DNA of 42,661 bases from an uncultured Hippea sp. (GTDB lineage Bacteria > Campylobacterota_A > Desulfurellia > Desulfurellales > Hippeaceae): positions 2,771 through 45,431 of the forward strand of contig CAYTZD010000002.1 in the NCBI GenBank assembly GCA_964442345.1, in the 5' to 3' direction. Made by a program: the position numbers and the translations under genes. The notes under the pieces were generated by a model. That model saw nothing but the letters and a program-made list of their open reading frames with translations. It was not told the DNA's origin and did no database searches. Below are positions 8,764-18,953 of this stretch, piece after piece. The stretch's first letter is position 1; each line of letters opens with the position of its first letter.

Positions 8764-9587
8764 TTTTCAACTCCTTTTACAAAATTTTTTAAATTAAATT
8801 TCAAAGCTTCATCGTAGCACACTTCAATACATCTGCCACAGTTTCTGCATTCTATTCCAGTTATAAATCCGCTTTTTTTGTTAACAATGTTTTCTAAAAC
8901 ATGGACTTCTGGACACACCTTAAAACAATTGCCGCAAGCGGTGCATTTATCTTTGTCGTGTAAAACCTTTATGAGACTTTTTGAACCTATTATAGAATAT
9001 GTGGCTCCAAGTGGGCATATATAACTACACCAGCCATTCTTCATTACAAACAGATCGAATAGGAAAATAGCTAAAATCCATGTCCATCCAAAGCCCATAG
9101 AAAAAATTACTCCTCTTGTCAATATGCCAACAGGATTTATGTATTCAAATGCAGCTGTCCCTGTTATAGCAGACACAATAAGTATAACTAAAGCAAACCA
9201 ATATTTGAATTGGTGCGGAAGCAATAGTTGTCTTTTTCCATATTCATCTATTTTTAGTTTTCTCCTAAGCCATCCGGCAAGGTCTGTTATCATATTTACC
9301 GGACAGACCCAGCTACAAAAAGCCCTTCCTGCTATTAATCCATAAAAGGCTACCACTATCAATAACCCTAATATCAAATCTGAGCTAATAACTGCACCGG
9401 CAAAAAACATCTGTATCACTGCGTATGGGTCGCTTAAGGGAATAGTATCAAACATTTTTGATGTACTTAGGCTGCCTACAAGTATATTCCATCCCCATTT
9501 ATTCGCAGCAAAGAATAGGAATAAGATTGTAATTTGTATAACTCTTCTTAAAATGAGATATCTATTGCTCTTAATAAGGTTACTCAT
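8760..9587 (-). CDS. napH: Quinol dehydrogenase membrane subunit NapH
   Basis: GRAFCSWVCP, GWCSYICPLG, two C-terminal 4Fe-4S motifs. Confidence 0.95.
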   Translation of the reverse strand: MSNLIKSNRYLILRRVIQITILFLFFAANKWGWNILVGSLSTSKMFDTIPLSDPYAVIQMFFAGAVISSDLILGLLIVVAFYGLIAGRAFCSWVCPVNMITDLAGWLRRKLKIDEYGKRQLLLPHQFKYWFALVILIVSAITGTAAFEYINPVGILTRGVIFSMGFGWTWILAIFLFDLFVMKNGWCSYICPLGATYSIIGSKSLIKVLHDKDKCTACGNCFKVCPEVHVLENIVNKKSGFITGIECRNCGRCIEVCYDEALKFNLKNFVKGVEK

Positions 9588-10395
9588 CCCATTTTACTCC
9601 GCGGTTGAGATTTTTAATCGGGTTAAGCTCGCTTCTTTTTGTTTTGGTGGTTGTTTTTGTTGAAGCCTTTTTAACCCTCTCTTGGTCTTTTTTACTCCAC
9701 CCTTTAACATATCTATCGCTTACTTTACCCATAGCAACTTCTCTTGGTAACACTTTAATTGCCGGTTTCTCTGTAACACACGCCTTTTCGCACATTCCAC
9801 AGCCTGTACAGTAATCTCCATGAACAACAGGTATTCTGTAAGCATGCTTGCCTGTTCTTTTGTTTTCTTTCCACTCGATAGTGATAGCCTTATCTATTTC
9901 AGGGCATGCCCTATAACAGGCTGCGCACTGCAGTCCCCAAAATGCGATACAGGTATTGGGATCGATTACCGCTATACCCATTCTTGCGTAATCTATTGCT
10001 ACCTCGCCCTTGCTGTTTTTACACTTTTCTGGTGTTAACGCACCGCTTGGGCAAGCATTCATGCAAGGAATGTCATCACACATAAAACACGGCCCTGTTC
10101 TTGCAACAAAATAGGGCGTGCCTACAGGCACTTTATCCCCGGGGGCTCCAAGTTTTAATGTAATAACCTTTTCTCCAGATTCCATAAAAGGGTTTTTTCT
10201 ATTTCTGCAAGCTTCAACACACAGGCCGCATCTTATGCATGTTTTTATGAAATCACTCTCGTTGAGTGCTCCAGGCGGTCTTAACACCAAAGGCTTGTCT
10301 TGATTTTCTTTAACAAACCCTGTAAGCACTGCCCCACCTACTATCGAAGCTCCAAAAGCCTGAGCCATTTGAACTAAAAATTTTCTTCTGTCCAT
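9580..10395 (-). CDS. napG: Ferredoxin-type quinol dehydrogenase subunit NapG
   Basis: Tat motif DRRKFL, LRPPGA, CIRCGLCVEAC, CPSGAL, CTGCGMCEKAC. Confidence 0.95.
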   Translation of the reverse strand: MDRRKFLVQMAQAFGASIVGGAVLTGFVKENQDKPLVLRPPGALNESDFIKTCIRCGLCVEACRNRKNPFMESGEKVITLKLGAPGDKVPVGTPYFVARTGPCFMCDDIPCMNACPSGALTPEKCKNSKGEVAIDYARMGIAVIDPNTCIAFWGLQCAACYRACPEIDKAITIEWKENKRTGKHAYRIPVVHGDYCTGCGMCEKACVTEKPAIKVLPREVAMGKVSDRYVKGWSKKDQERVKKASTKTTTKTKRSELNPIKNLNRGVKWDE

Positions 10396-10402
10396 TCTTA
10401 CC

Positions 10403-13222
10403 TCAAGCTTTGTAAATTTTTACTGCACTCTTTTTGTAGTCTGTCTCTTTACTTAAAGGACATGTGGCATCCAATGTTACTTTATTTATCAATACATTCT
10501 CATCAAAGAACGGTACAAATACAGTGCCTCTTGGTGGTTTATTTCTTCCTTTTGTCTCGACTCTGGCTTTTACTTTACCTCTCCTTGATTCTATTACAAC
10601 TAAGTCAAATCGCTTAAGTCCTAACTCTTTTGCATCTTTTGGGTTCATATAACAAAGCGCCTCGGGCATTGCTCTGTATAATTCAGGAACTCTCATAGTC
10701 ATCGTTCCTGTATGCCAGTGTTCAAGCATTCTACCCGTGCAAAGCCAGAAGTTATATCCTTTTGTATCGTATTTTGGATCTTCGGGGTGAACCATGAATG
10801 GTCTAAAGAATATCTTTGCTTTGTTTGCAAGATGAATTTTTCCCTTGCTTGGAATAGGACCTTTTAGGTTTCCTATCTTTATAGTTTTAAGCAATGGTCC
10901 GTAAAATGCAAATTCTTCTCCCGGTTTTGCATGCTTTCTTGCGTAAGGATCGTATTTTACATTAAATCTCCATTTTGTTTCTTTACCATTAATGACAGGC
11001 CATCTTAATCCTCTTACTTTGTGATATGTATCAAAGTCTGCAAGGTCATGACCTTTTCCTGTGCCAAATTTTCTGTATTCTTCCCACAAGGCTTTGTGTA
11101 TGAAGAATCCGTATCCCTTAAATACTTTTCCATCGCTGCCTACAACATTTCTAAAATCGCCTTCGGCTTCCGTATTTGGATGCATTTTGCCTGTTTGTGG
11201 ATTTTTGGCTATTGGGTCTGGCCATGGGAAGTTTTTGCGATATTCGGGTCTATTAAATAGAACATCAAACAATGTATCATCCGGCGAATAACCCATCTCT
11301 TTGGCTTTATTTAGAACATCTGGAAGCACAGTGCCATCAGGCAGTTTATGCTCTTTCCATACCTCTTTTAGTTTAAATCTTTTTGAAAATTCTACAATTG
11401 TCCAAATGTCGGTCATAGCCTCGCCCGGCGGTACAACCTGTTGTCTCCAATGTTGAGTTCTCCTTTCTGAGTTGCCGTATGCTCCCCATTTCTCATATAT
11501 CATTGCAACAGGTAGAATTAAGTCTGCAACTCTTGCCGAGATACCAGGATATGCATCGTTAACAACTATAAAATTATCCATAGTTCTTGCTGCTTTTATC
11601 CAGTGATTTGCATTTGCTGTATTCTGCCATGGATTGTTTACTTGAACCCAAACCCATTTAACTTTACCTGCTTCAAGCTCTCTCATTATTTTTACAAAGT
11701 GATATCCAACCTTTGGATTTAGGGTGCCTTCAGGCAATTTCCAAAGTTTTTCTGTAATTTTTCTATGTTTTGGGTTTGCAACGAGCAGGTCTGCCGGAAG
11801 TCTATGTGCAAATGTTCCGACCTCTCTTGCTGTTCCGCAAGCGCTGGGTTGACCTGTTAGTGAAAATGCTCCATTTCCGGGTTTAGACTGTTTACCAAGT
11901 AATAGATGAACCGTATAAATCATCTCATTTACCCAACTTCCCCTTACACTTTGATTAAATCCCATCGTCCAGAAAGAAACATTCTTTCTTTTTGGATCAC
12001 AATAATAATCTGCTAACTTCTTCAGCTTCATTTTAAAGCTTTCTATTGACTCTTCAGGATCGCCCTTTGCCACTTGAGCCACATAGTCAAGATCGTATGG
12101 CTCAATAGCTTTTTTAAACTCATCAAAGGTAATCTGCCAATGTAAAAATGGACCTTTACCTTTATTGTGTTGCATCTTCATTACATCATTTTCTTTCCAC
12201 TTACCTATACCGCTTAAAGCTATAGCTTCTTCTTTTGTTACAATTTTATGGGCTTCTTTTTCGACTGTATCTTTCTCTTTTGCTGTTACATAGGGAGATT
12301 TCGGGTCTCTCATTCCATATCCAATATCAGGAAAACCTGTCGCAAAAATGGTGTGTTTTTTTACAAAATCCAAATCTATAGCATTCCTTTTGATAATTTC
12401 TCTTGCCAAATAGTTCATTATGGCTAAATCTCCCATAGGACGGATAATTAATTCCATATCTGCCATATTAGAGCATCTGTTTCTGTATGTAGAGATATTT
12501 ATTATTCTGTATTTGTCGGGATTTTTTAATCTTGCATCTGAAATTCTTGACCATAAAATCGGATGCATCTCAGCCATATTTGAGCCCCAAAGGGTAACTG
12601 TATCGGTTAGTTCTATATCGTCGTAGCATCCTGCTGGCTCGTCAATACCAAAAGTCTGATAAAATCCAACCACAGCGCTTGCCATACAGTGTCTTGCATT
12701 TGGATCGATATTATTACTTCTCCATCCGCCTTTAACCAATTTTACGGCTGCATATCCTTCTTGGATTGTGTATTGCCCTGAACCAAAAACTGCAACACTT
12801 GTAGGACCATATTTGTTATAATATTTTTTAAACTGTTTCTCCATTTCATCAAAAGCTCTTTTCCAGCTTACCGGTTTGAATTTCCCGTTTTTATCATACT
12901 CACCTTTTTCGTTTACTCTTAACAACGGTTGAGTCAATCTATCTGCGCCATACATTATTTTTGCATTAAAATATCCTTTTAGACAGTTTATACCTTTATT
13001 TACAGGACACAATGGATCACCCTTAACAGCCACTATTTTATTGTTTTTAGTGGCAACCATTATTCCACATCCTACTCCGCAGAATCTACATACCGCTTTA
13101 TCCCACTGCCAGTCTGATTCTGCGTTTTTAGCTTCCGATTTCTTGGCATCAGGAACAGTAATTCCAGCAGCAGTCGCTGCAGCTACAGCAGCCGCAGTTT
13201 TTAAAAAATGCCTCCTCTTCAT
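10403..13222 (-). CDS. napA: Periplasmic nitrate reductase catalytic subunit NapA (large, Campylobacterota-type, 939 aa)
   Basis: Tat [17 protein letters not shown]0, [10 protein letters not shown] Mo-ligand region, [30 protein letters not shown]. Confidence 0.98.
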   Translation of the reverse strand: MKRRHFLKTAAAVAAATAAGITVPDAKKSEAKNAESDWQWDKAVCRFCGVGCGIMVATKNNKIVAVKGDPLCPVNKGINCLKGYFNAKIMYGADRLTQPLLRVNEKGEYDKNGKFKPVSWKRAFDEMEKQFKKYYNKYGPTSVAVFGSGQYTIQEGYAAVKLVKGGWRSNNIDPNARHCMASAVVGFYQTFGIDEPAGCYDDIELTDTVTLWGSNMAEMHPILWSRISDARLKNPDKYRIINISTYRNRCSNMADMELIIRPMGDLAIMNYLAREIIKRNAIDLDFVKKHTIFATGFPDIGYGMRDPKSPYVTAKEKDTVEKEAHKIVTKEEAIALSGIGKWKENDVMKMQHNKGKGPFLHWQITFDEFKKAIEPYDLDYVAQVAKGDPEESIESFKMKLKKLADYYCDPKRKNVSFWTMGFNQSVRGSWVNEMIYTVHLLLGKQSKPGNGAFSLTGQPSACGTAREVGTFAHRLPADLLVANPKHRKITEKLWKLPEGTLNPKVGYHFVKIMRELEAGKVKWVWVQVNNPWQNTANANHWIKAARTMDNFIVVNDAYPGISARVADLILPVAMIYEKWGAYGNSERRTQHWRQQVVPPGEAMTDIWTIVEFSKRFKLKEVWKEHKLPDGTVLPDVLNKAKEMGYSPDDTLFDVLFNRPEYRKNFPWPDPIAKNPQTGKMHPNTEAEGDFRNVVGSDGKVFKGYGFFIHKALWEEYRKFGTGKGHDLADFDTYHKVRGLRWPVINGKETKWRFNVKYDPYARKHAKPGEEFAFYGPLLKTIKIGNLKGPIPSKGKIHLANKAKIFFRPFMVHPEDPKYDTKGYNFWLCTGRMLEHWHTGTMTMRVPELYRAMPEALCYMNPKDAKELGLKRFDLVVIESRRGKVKARVETKGRNKPPRGTVFVPFFDENVLINKVTLDATCPLSKETDYKKSAVKIYKA

Positions 13223-13310
13223 AAAAACACCTCCTCAATCTCCTTAAAAAAATAAAAACTTAGGTGCCTGCCTTCCCTTCTTATCTGTTTCTATTACTAA
13301 CTTATATATG

Positions 13311-13339
13311 AATTTATAACTACTTTTATTAAATGTCAA
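13311..13339 (-). promoter_or_regulatory. Sigma70-type promoter of the nap operon
   Basis: Minus strand TTGACA(13339-13334)-N17-TAAATT(13316-13311), about 90 nt upstream of napA. Confidence 0.6.
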
Positions 13340-13496
13340 GTTTGTTTTTTACTTTTTGAGCAAATAAACTTACACCTTTAGCAATAAAAAGAACAAAAAT
13401 AAGAAGAAAAACAAAAGGTGATGTCAAAGTATGGTTAGAATTTTTAAAAATACCAGGTAAGCCTACCTTATTTTTGGGCTGATTAGATTAATATGT

Positions 13497-14264
13497 CTAT
13501 ATCTGATGTCGCTTTTTGCCCCATACATAAAGGATGGAGAATGTTGTCTTTACCATTGAATCGCCTGTTGAATATAGCTTTTCGTATAATTTGCAGAATT
13601 TGATAAACTGATTTTTCCCTACCATCTTTGAATTTTTTGTATATCTTGCGCCTGTTTTTTTGTGATAGGCAAGCATATCTTTTACGCTTGGATATTTGAA
13701 TACATAGGTTCTTAACTCGCTTTGGCAAATAGCGCCGCTTTTTTCTAATATGTCTATATAAAAGTCTGCAGGCTTTAAAGGAAAGGTTGAGCCAAAACCC
13801 GTCAAATGATACAGGCTTTTCATCTCCTTAAAGGTTCCATCAACAAAGATAGAGAAATAGAAATCACCACCCACCTTTAATTTTCTTATTATATCCCTTA
13901 TTGATTCCTTAGGCTTTTGTATCCATTGAAGCGTTGATGAACTAACAATCAAATCAAACATATTATCTTTAAACGGAAGGCTGTCGATGTCGCCTTTTAT
14001 GTATAACAAATTATCTAAAAACTTCTCTTTTGCCGTTTTTATCATTTTTGCTGATATATCGATGGCTGTATAGCTATTGTATTGAATGTTGTTTACTATC
14101 TGCCGTGTAAATGTGCCACTTCCTATGCCAAGTTCAAGCACATTGGCGTATCTTCTTTTGTCTATCTTTTTACTTAGGTATTCGGCAACTATCTGCTGTA
14201 TGCTGGCTGCTTCGTCGTATGTCTTTGAAGCTATATCAAAATATCGCGCTATTTGTGATTTCAT
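13497..14264 (-). CDS. bioC: Malonyl-ACP O-methyltransferase BioC
   Basis: IARYFD.A..TYD..A.IQ, LELGIGSG SAM motif, FDLIVSSSTLQW; within the bio operon. Confidence 0.9.
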   Translation of the reverse strand: MKSQIARYFDIASKTYDEAASIQQIVAEYLSKKIDKRRYANVLELGIGSGTFTRQIVNNIQYNSYTAIDISAKMIKTAKEKFLDNLLYIKGDIDSLPFKDNMFDLIVSSSTLQWIQKPKESIRDIIRKLKVGGDFYFSIFVDGTFKEMKSLYHLTGFGSTFPLKPADFYIDILEKSGAICQSELRTYVFKYPSVKDMLAYHKKTGARYTKNSKMVGKNQFIKFCKLYEKLYSTGDSMVKTTFSILYVWGKKRHQI

Positions 14265-14838
14265 ATACCTTCTTTCTTATCAATCCTTCGTCTATGTAAT
14301 GACCTGAATCGTTAAGTATGGTTAGATTTTTAAAAGTCCTATCCTTGCAACATGGAACGATCTTGTCTTTTTTGCCGTGCATTACATAGATGTTGTCTGG
14401 CAGTTTATCAGCCTTGACTTTTGAAGTTTTTAAAAACTCCAATCCTTTTGAGAGTTTCTCTTTATCGATTCTATCTATTTTTGGAATATTTTTTATGCCA
14501 CACTGCCTATAGAAGTATTTAACCACACTGATTGGATTTTTTTGAAGATTTGATATCATTTTATCTATGACTTTTTCATCTGTATGCTCCATAAAATCAA
14601 AAAACGGTGCAATAAGCAGTATGTTTGCGTAATTCTCTTTTAATATTTCTATCTGTTTTAGGATTATATGTGCCCCTGTTGACCAGCCAATTAGGATGTC
14701 TGCCTTTTTTGAAGCCAAGTGATTTAGCAATCCTTTCTCATCCATATCGTATATAGGTATGATGAATTCGTATCTTGTCGATATATTTGGAAAAAGTTTA
14801 TCAAAGCCCGCCCATCCACTTACAAAGATTAAATCCAT
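14236..14838 (-). CDS. Alpha/beta hydrolase, putative pimeloyl-ACP methyl ester esterase (BioH/BioG slot)
   Basis: SGW oxyanion region, GWSTG nucleophile elbow, HGKKDKIVP, SGH; overlaps both bioF and bioC. Confidence 0.75.
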   Translation of the reverse strand: MDLIFVSGWAGFDKLFPNISTRYEFIIPIYDMDEKGLLNHLASKKADILIGWSTGAHIILKQIEILKENYANILLIAPFFDFMEHTDEKVIDKMISNLQKNPISVVKYFYRQCGIKNIPKIDRIDKEKLSKGLEFLKTSKVKADKLPDNIYVMHGKKDKIVPCCKDRTFKNLTILNDSGHYIDEGLIRKKVYEITNSAIF

Positions 14839-15983
14839 CTTTTCAATTCCAAAAACGCATTTTCTATCTTTTTTATATCGTTATCGTCTAAGTCGGCTCT
14901 CATGGATATTCTTAATCTTTCTGTATTTCTTGGAACGGTTGGTGGTCGGATTGCAGCCACCAAGATGCCTTTTTCCATCATAAATTCTTTAACTTTGAAT
15001 AACTTTTTCTTATCACCTATTATAATCGGTATAATCTGAGAATTTGAATTTGCCGTGTCAAATCCAAGTTTTTTTAAGAAACTTCTTATCCTTTCTGATT
15101 TTTCAAGAAGCTGCCTGCCAATCTCTTTATGCTTGATTACAAATTCTACAGCAGCCTTGTTTGCCGCAATAACTGCAGGCGGCAGAGATGTAGAATATAT
15201 AAACCCACGCGCTTTATTGATAAGAAAATCTATTATCTCGCTTCTTGAAGCCACAAATGCACCAAAAGAGCCAAGAGCTTTACTGAATGTGCTCATCTGT
15301 ATATCAACTTCCTTTTCCAATCCCATCTGATGCACCAATCCTTTGCCTTCTCCAAATACGCCAGTTGCATGGGCTTCATCTATTATCGTTAAGGCGTTAT
15401 AGTCTTTTGCAAGCTTTACTATCTCATCAAGTTTTGCTAAATCACCATCCATACTGAAGATACTGTCCGTTACTATTAGCTTCTGTTTGCTTTCTTTGTA
15501 TTTTTTCAAGAAAAATAGAAGATGGTCTAAATCCCGATGCCTGAATCGCACAAATCTTGCCTTTGATAATAGTATGCCGTCGATTATGCTTGCATGGTTA
15601 AGCTTATCTGAGAATATTACACACTCACTTGTGCATATAGAAGATATTATCGAAAGATTTGCCACATAACCAGTATTAAAAACAAGCGCCTTCTGTGTGC
15701 CTTTGAATTTCGCAAGCATATCTTCTAATTCATCGTATATGGTATAGTTGCCTGTTACAATCCTTGAAGCCGATGATGAACAGGAATATCTCTTTATTGC
15801 TTCTTCTGCTGCGTTTTTTAAGTAATCGCTTTCTGCCAAGCCCAGATAGTTGTTGGATGCAAGATTCAGATAGCTTTTGCCTTCTATTTTTACATACTTC
15901 GCCCAGCCGTTTTCTATCTTTGGTATGCTTCTAAATAGGTTATCCTGTTTAATCTTCTTTAGCTGCTCTTTAAAATAACTCAT
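14829..15983 (-). CDS. bioF: 8-amino-7-oxononanoate synthase
   Basis: ASNNYLGL, DKLNHASIIDG, FSMDGD, DEAHA, TFSKALG, IRPPTVP. Confidence 0.96.
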   Translation of the reverse strand: MSYFKEQLKKIKQDNLFRSIPKIENGWAKYVKIEGKSYLNLASNNYLGLAESDYLKNAAEEAIKRYSCSSSASRIVTGNYTIYDELEDMLAKFKGTQKALVFNTGYVANLSIISSICTSECVIFSDKLNHASIIDGILLSKARFVRFRHRDLDHLLFFLKKYKESKQKLIVTDSIFSMDGDLAKLDEIVKLAKDYNALTIIDEAHATGVFGEGKGLVHQMGLEKEVDIQMSTFSKALGSFGAFVASRSEIIDFLINKARGFIYSTSLPPAVIAANKAAVEFVIKHKEIGRQLLEKSERIRSFLKKLGFDTANSNSQIIPIIIGDKKKLFKVKEFMMEKGILVAAIRPPTVPRNTERLRISMRADLDDNDIKKIENAFLELKRWI

Positions 15984-16936
15984 GCCAGCTTCAAAGACAA
16001 TCTTTTTATATCGTCTAAATCGGAATCAACACTAAAGCCTGTTGTTGTTAGATAGTTTCCAACCATTATCCCGTTTGCACCGCTTTTTAAAACTTGAAAC
16101 TTATCGTCCAAACCAAATACCGTGCTTCTGCCACCGCAGACCCTTATATGTTTATCAGATAGAATAAACCTAAAAATCGCTATGATTCTTAATGCTTCAT
16201 CTTTGGATAAGATTGGCCTATTTTCATACGGAGTGCCTTTAATAGGCGTTAAGAAGTTCAAAGGGACTGAATCCACATTTAAATCCTTCAAAAGCAGTGC
16301 CATCTCTATTCTGTCCTGCCAGGATTCACCAATGCCAAAAATGCCACCTGAACATACAAAAAGTCCTGCTTTTTTGGCTGACTTTATGCTTTCTATATCT
16401 TCGTCATACTCATGCGTCGTGCACACATTTTTAAAATAGCTTCTTGATGTCTCAAGGTTGTGATGAAATCCGTCCAAACCAGCATCTTTTAAAGCCATTA
16501 TCTCATCATAGCTTAGTATTCCAACCGATACATCTGCCTTTAGCCCTAACTGTTTTATGGTTTTTATTGCTTCTATAAGCTTGTTAAAGTTTGCCTTATC
16601 CAATTTCTTGCCGCTTGTTACTATTGAGAATCTCTTTACATTCTTGGATTTGGCATATTCTATAGCCTTTTTTATCGTTTCGATGTCTAAGAAGTCGTAT
16701 ATCTTTATAGATGTGTTGTAATGGGACGATTGGGCGCAAAATTTACAATCTTCAGGACACCTTCCACTTTTTGCGTTGATTATTGAGCAAAACTCCACAC
16801 TTTTATCAAAAAAATGACTTTTTATTCTATCTGCGGCTTCTGTTAAGGTCTTTGTATCCAACTTTAGAAGGTAATCTATCTCATTGTTAAGTAGTTGCTC
16901 TTTATTTAAGGATTTCTCGATAATTCTGTTTAGCAT
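15980..16936 (-). CDS. bioB: Biotin synthase (radical SAM), type II-like ligand pattern
   Basis: CPEDCKFC, HHNLETS, VCSGGIFG, GNYLTT. Start corrected to ATG 16936 (GGAGG at 16945-16941); the longer ORF start overlaps the promoters. Confidence 0.95.
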   Translation of the reverse strand: MLNRIIEKSLNKEQLLNNEIDYLLKLDTKTLTEAADRIKSHFFDKSVEFCSIINAKSGRCPEDCKFCAQSSHYNTSIKIYDFLDIETIKKAIEYAKSKNVKRFSIVTSGKKLDKANFNKLIEAIKTIKQLGLKADVSVGILSYDEIMALKDAGLDGFHHNLETSRSYFKNVCTTHEYDEDIESIKSAKKAGLFVCSGGIFGIGESWQDRIEMALLLKDLNVDSVPLNFLTPIKGTPYENRPILSKDEALRIIAIFRFILSDKHIRVCGGRSTVFGLDDKFQVLKSGANGIMVGNYLTTTGFSVDSDLDDIKRLSLKLA

Positions 16937-16956
16937 TTTACCTCCATTGTTAATTT

Positions 16957-17002
16957 TTGTTATTGACATAATAAACAATCATTTATAAACTGTCAACAAC
17001 AA
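16957..17002. promoter_or_regulatory. Overlapping face-to-face bioA and bioB promoters within a 12-bp inverted repeat
   Basis: Plus: TTGACA(16963)-N17-TAAACT. Minus: TTGACA(16996)-N17-TATTAT. Arms TTGTTATTGACA / TGTCAACAACAA match 11 of 12 with a 22-bp spacer. Confidence 0.72.
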
Positions 17003-17023
17003 TGTAAAGAAGGAGTAAGCAAA

Positions 17024-18346
17024 ATGAAACACTATCCAATCTGGCATCCATGCACACAGATGAAAGACCACGAGAAGTATCCACTGATTAAAATAGTAAA
17101 AGGCAAGGGCGTCTATCTATACGATGATAAAGGCAACAGCTACATAGATGCCATATCGTCATGGTGGGTTAACCTTTTTGGACATTCAAACCCACGACTA
17201 AATGAAGCTTTAAGAAAACAGGCCGAGACAATAGAGCATGTTATATTTGCCAATTTTGTCCACGAGCCAGCATTAAAACTTACAGATAAGCTTCTAAAGA
17301 TAACGCCAAAGAACTTAACGAAGCTATTTTTTGCGGATAATGGATCAAGTGCTGTGGAAGTGGCAATGAAGATGAGCTTTGGATACTTTAAAAATTTAGG
17401 CAAAATCAAGAACAGATTTGTCTATTTAGATAGTGGCTATCACGGCGAAACATTGGGGGCATTATCCGTCTGCGGCGAAGAGCTGTATAGTGAGCAATAC
17501 AAAGAAATTATGATACCAAACATAAAGGTAAAAGGCCCAGACTGCTTCAGATGTCCATTTAAAAAGACAAGGGATACCTGCAATACGGAGTGTTTTAGCT
17601 TTATGGAGAAGGCTTTAGATGAAAACAAGGATAAGATTGCTGCCGTGATTATAGAACCTATGGTAAACTGCGCCGGTGGATTTAAGATGTATCCGGCAAA
17701 TTACTTAAAAAAATTAAGAAACCTAACAGCCGAGCTTGGAATCCATCTAATAGTTGACGAGATAGCCGTAGGTTTTGGAAGAACAGGCAAGATGTTTGCA
17801 AGCGAATACGCATCGATAGAACCGGATTTTATGTGTCTTTCTAAGGGCATAACGGGTGGCTATATGCCTTTATCTGTAGTTTTGACGACAGACGATGTGT
17901 ATGATGCATTTTATGACGATTACACAACGCTTAAGGCTTTCTTGCATAGTCATAGCTATACGGGTAATGCCCTTGCGTGCGCTTTAGCTGTTGAAACCTT
18001 AAATATCTTTGAAGATGAGAATGTGCTTGAGAATAATGTAGAAAAATACACCTATTTAAGCAGGCTTGCAAAGGAGTATTTTAAGGATTACAAATTCTGC
18101 GGAGAAGTGCGTTCTTTGGGATTTATTACAGCTGTGGAACTGGTTGAAGATAAAACAAGCAAAAAACCGTTTGATTGGAAGAAAAGGCTTGGGTTTCAAA
18201 TCTACAGAAATGCCTTAAAGAAAGGTGTTTTATTGAGAAATCTTGGCGATGTTATCTATTTTATGCCGCCGTATGTTATAGAAAAAGATGAGATAGAGAA
18301 GATGGTAAAGGTTGCCTATGAATCGACAAGGGAGATTTTGGGATGA
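17024..18346 (+). CDS. bioA: Adenosylmethionine-8-amino-7-oxononanoate aminotransferase
   Basis: IWHPCTQM, DAISSWWVN, ADNGSSAVE, DEIAVGFGRTG, SKGITGGY, HSHSYTGN. Confidence 0.97.
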   Translation: MKHYPIWHPCTQMKDHEKYPLIKIVKGKGVYLYDDKGNSYIDAISSWWVNLFGHSNPRLNEALRKQAETIEHVIFANFVHEPALKLTDKLLKITPKNLTKLFFADNGSSAVEVAMKMSFGYFKNLGKIKNRFVYLDSGYHGETLGALSVCGEELYSEQYKEIMIPNIKVKGPDCFRCPFKKTRDTCNTECFSFMEKALDENKDKIAAVIIEPMVNCAGGFKMYPANYLKKLRNLTAELGIHLIVDEIAVGFGRTGKMFASEYASIEPDFMCLSKGITGGYMPLSVVLTTDDVYDAFYDDYTTLKAFLHSHSYTGNALACALAVETLNIFEDENVLENNVEKYTYLSRLAKEYFKDYKFCGEVRSLGFITAVELVEDKTSKKPFDWKKRLGFQIYRNALKKGVLLRNLGDVIYFMPPYVIEKDEIEKMVKVAYESTREILG

Positions 18347-18939
18347 GATACCTTATCTTAGGCACAAATACCGAGATAGGTAAAACGCACTTTTGCGGAT
18401 TGTTTGTAAAACATCTAAAAGATAAAGGCAGAAGGGTTAAATATGTAAAGCCCATTCAGACAGGTTATCCCAAAGACGATGATGCATCGTTTGTAAAAAG
18501 ATTTGCAAATCTTAAAGACGACGAAGCTATAACAATAATAAAAGAAGAAAAGCCTGTTGCTGCAGCTGCCTTGTTTGATAAATTCCCTATGGACGATGTC
18601 TGCTCAAAGATAGAGAGAATTTCTGAATTTGACGATTTGATAATAGAGACAGCTGGCGGTGCCTTCTCACCTTTGGATAAAACATTGCTGAATTACCACT
18701 TTGCAAAGTTTCTTAACTTAGAAGTTATACTTGTTGTGCCCAACAGATTGGGATGCATAAGTGAAGCCATATCAAACTATAGGCTTTTAAAGTATGAAGG
18801 CGTTTCTGTTTACGCTATAGCAATGAATAACTACTTTAGCCACACCAAAGACCAAAAAAACTTAGAACTTATCAACCGTTTCTGTGATGATAAAGTAAAA
18901 ATCGTTTTTGATAAAGATAAACTAACATATATAGAATAA
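18343..18939 (+). CDS. bioD: Dethiobiotin synthase
   Basis: GTNTEIGKT, KPIQTG, ETAGG, RLGCIS; ATGA overlap with bioA. Confidence 0.93.
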   Translation: MRYLILGTNTEIGKTHFCGLFVKHLKDKGRRVKYVKPIQTGYPKDDDASFVKRFANLKDDEAITIIKEEKPVAAAALFDKFPMDDVCSKIERISEFDDLIIETAGGAFSPLDKTLLNYHFAKFLNLEVILVVPNRLGCISEAISNYRLLKYEGVSVYAIAMNNYFSHTKDQKNLELINRFCDDKVKIVFDKDKLTYIE

Positions 18940-18953
18940 CCCGCCTATTGTTT

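Noticed and set aside
13483-13728. 81-aa ORF overlapping the bioC 3' end
   Set aside because: Alternate frame of bioC, which is intact; no frameshift is needed.
16937-16978. 14-aa N-terminal extension of BioB
   Set aside because: Overlaps the promoter elements; GGAGG supports ATG 16936.
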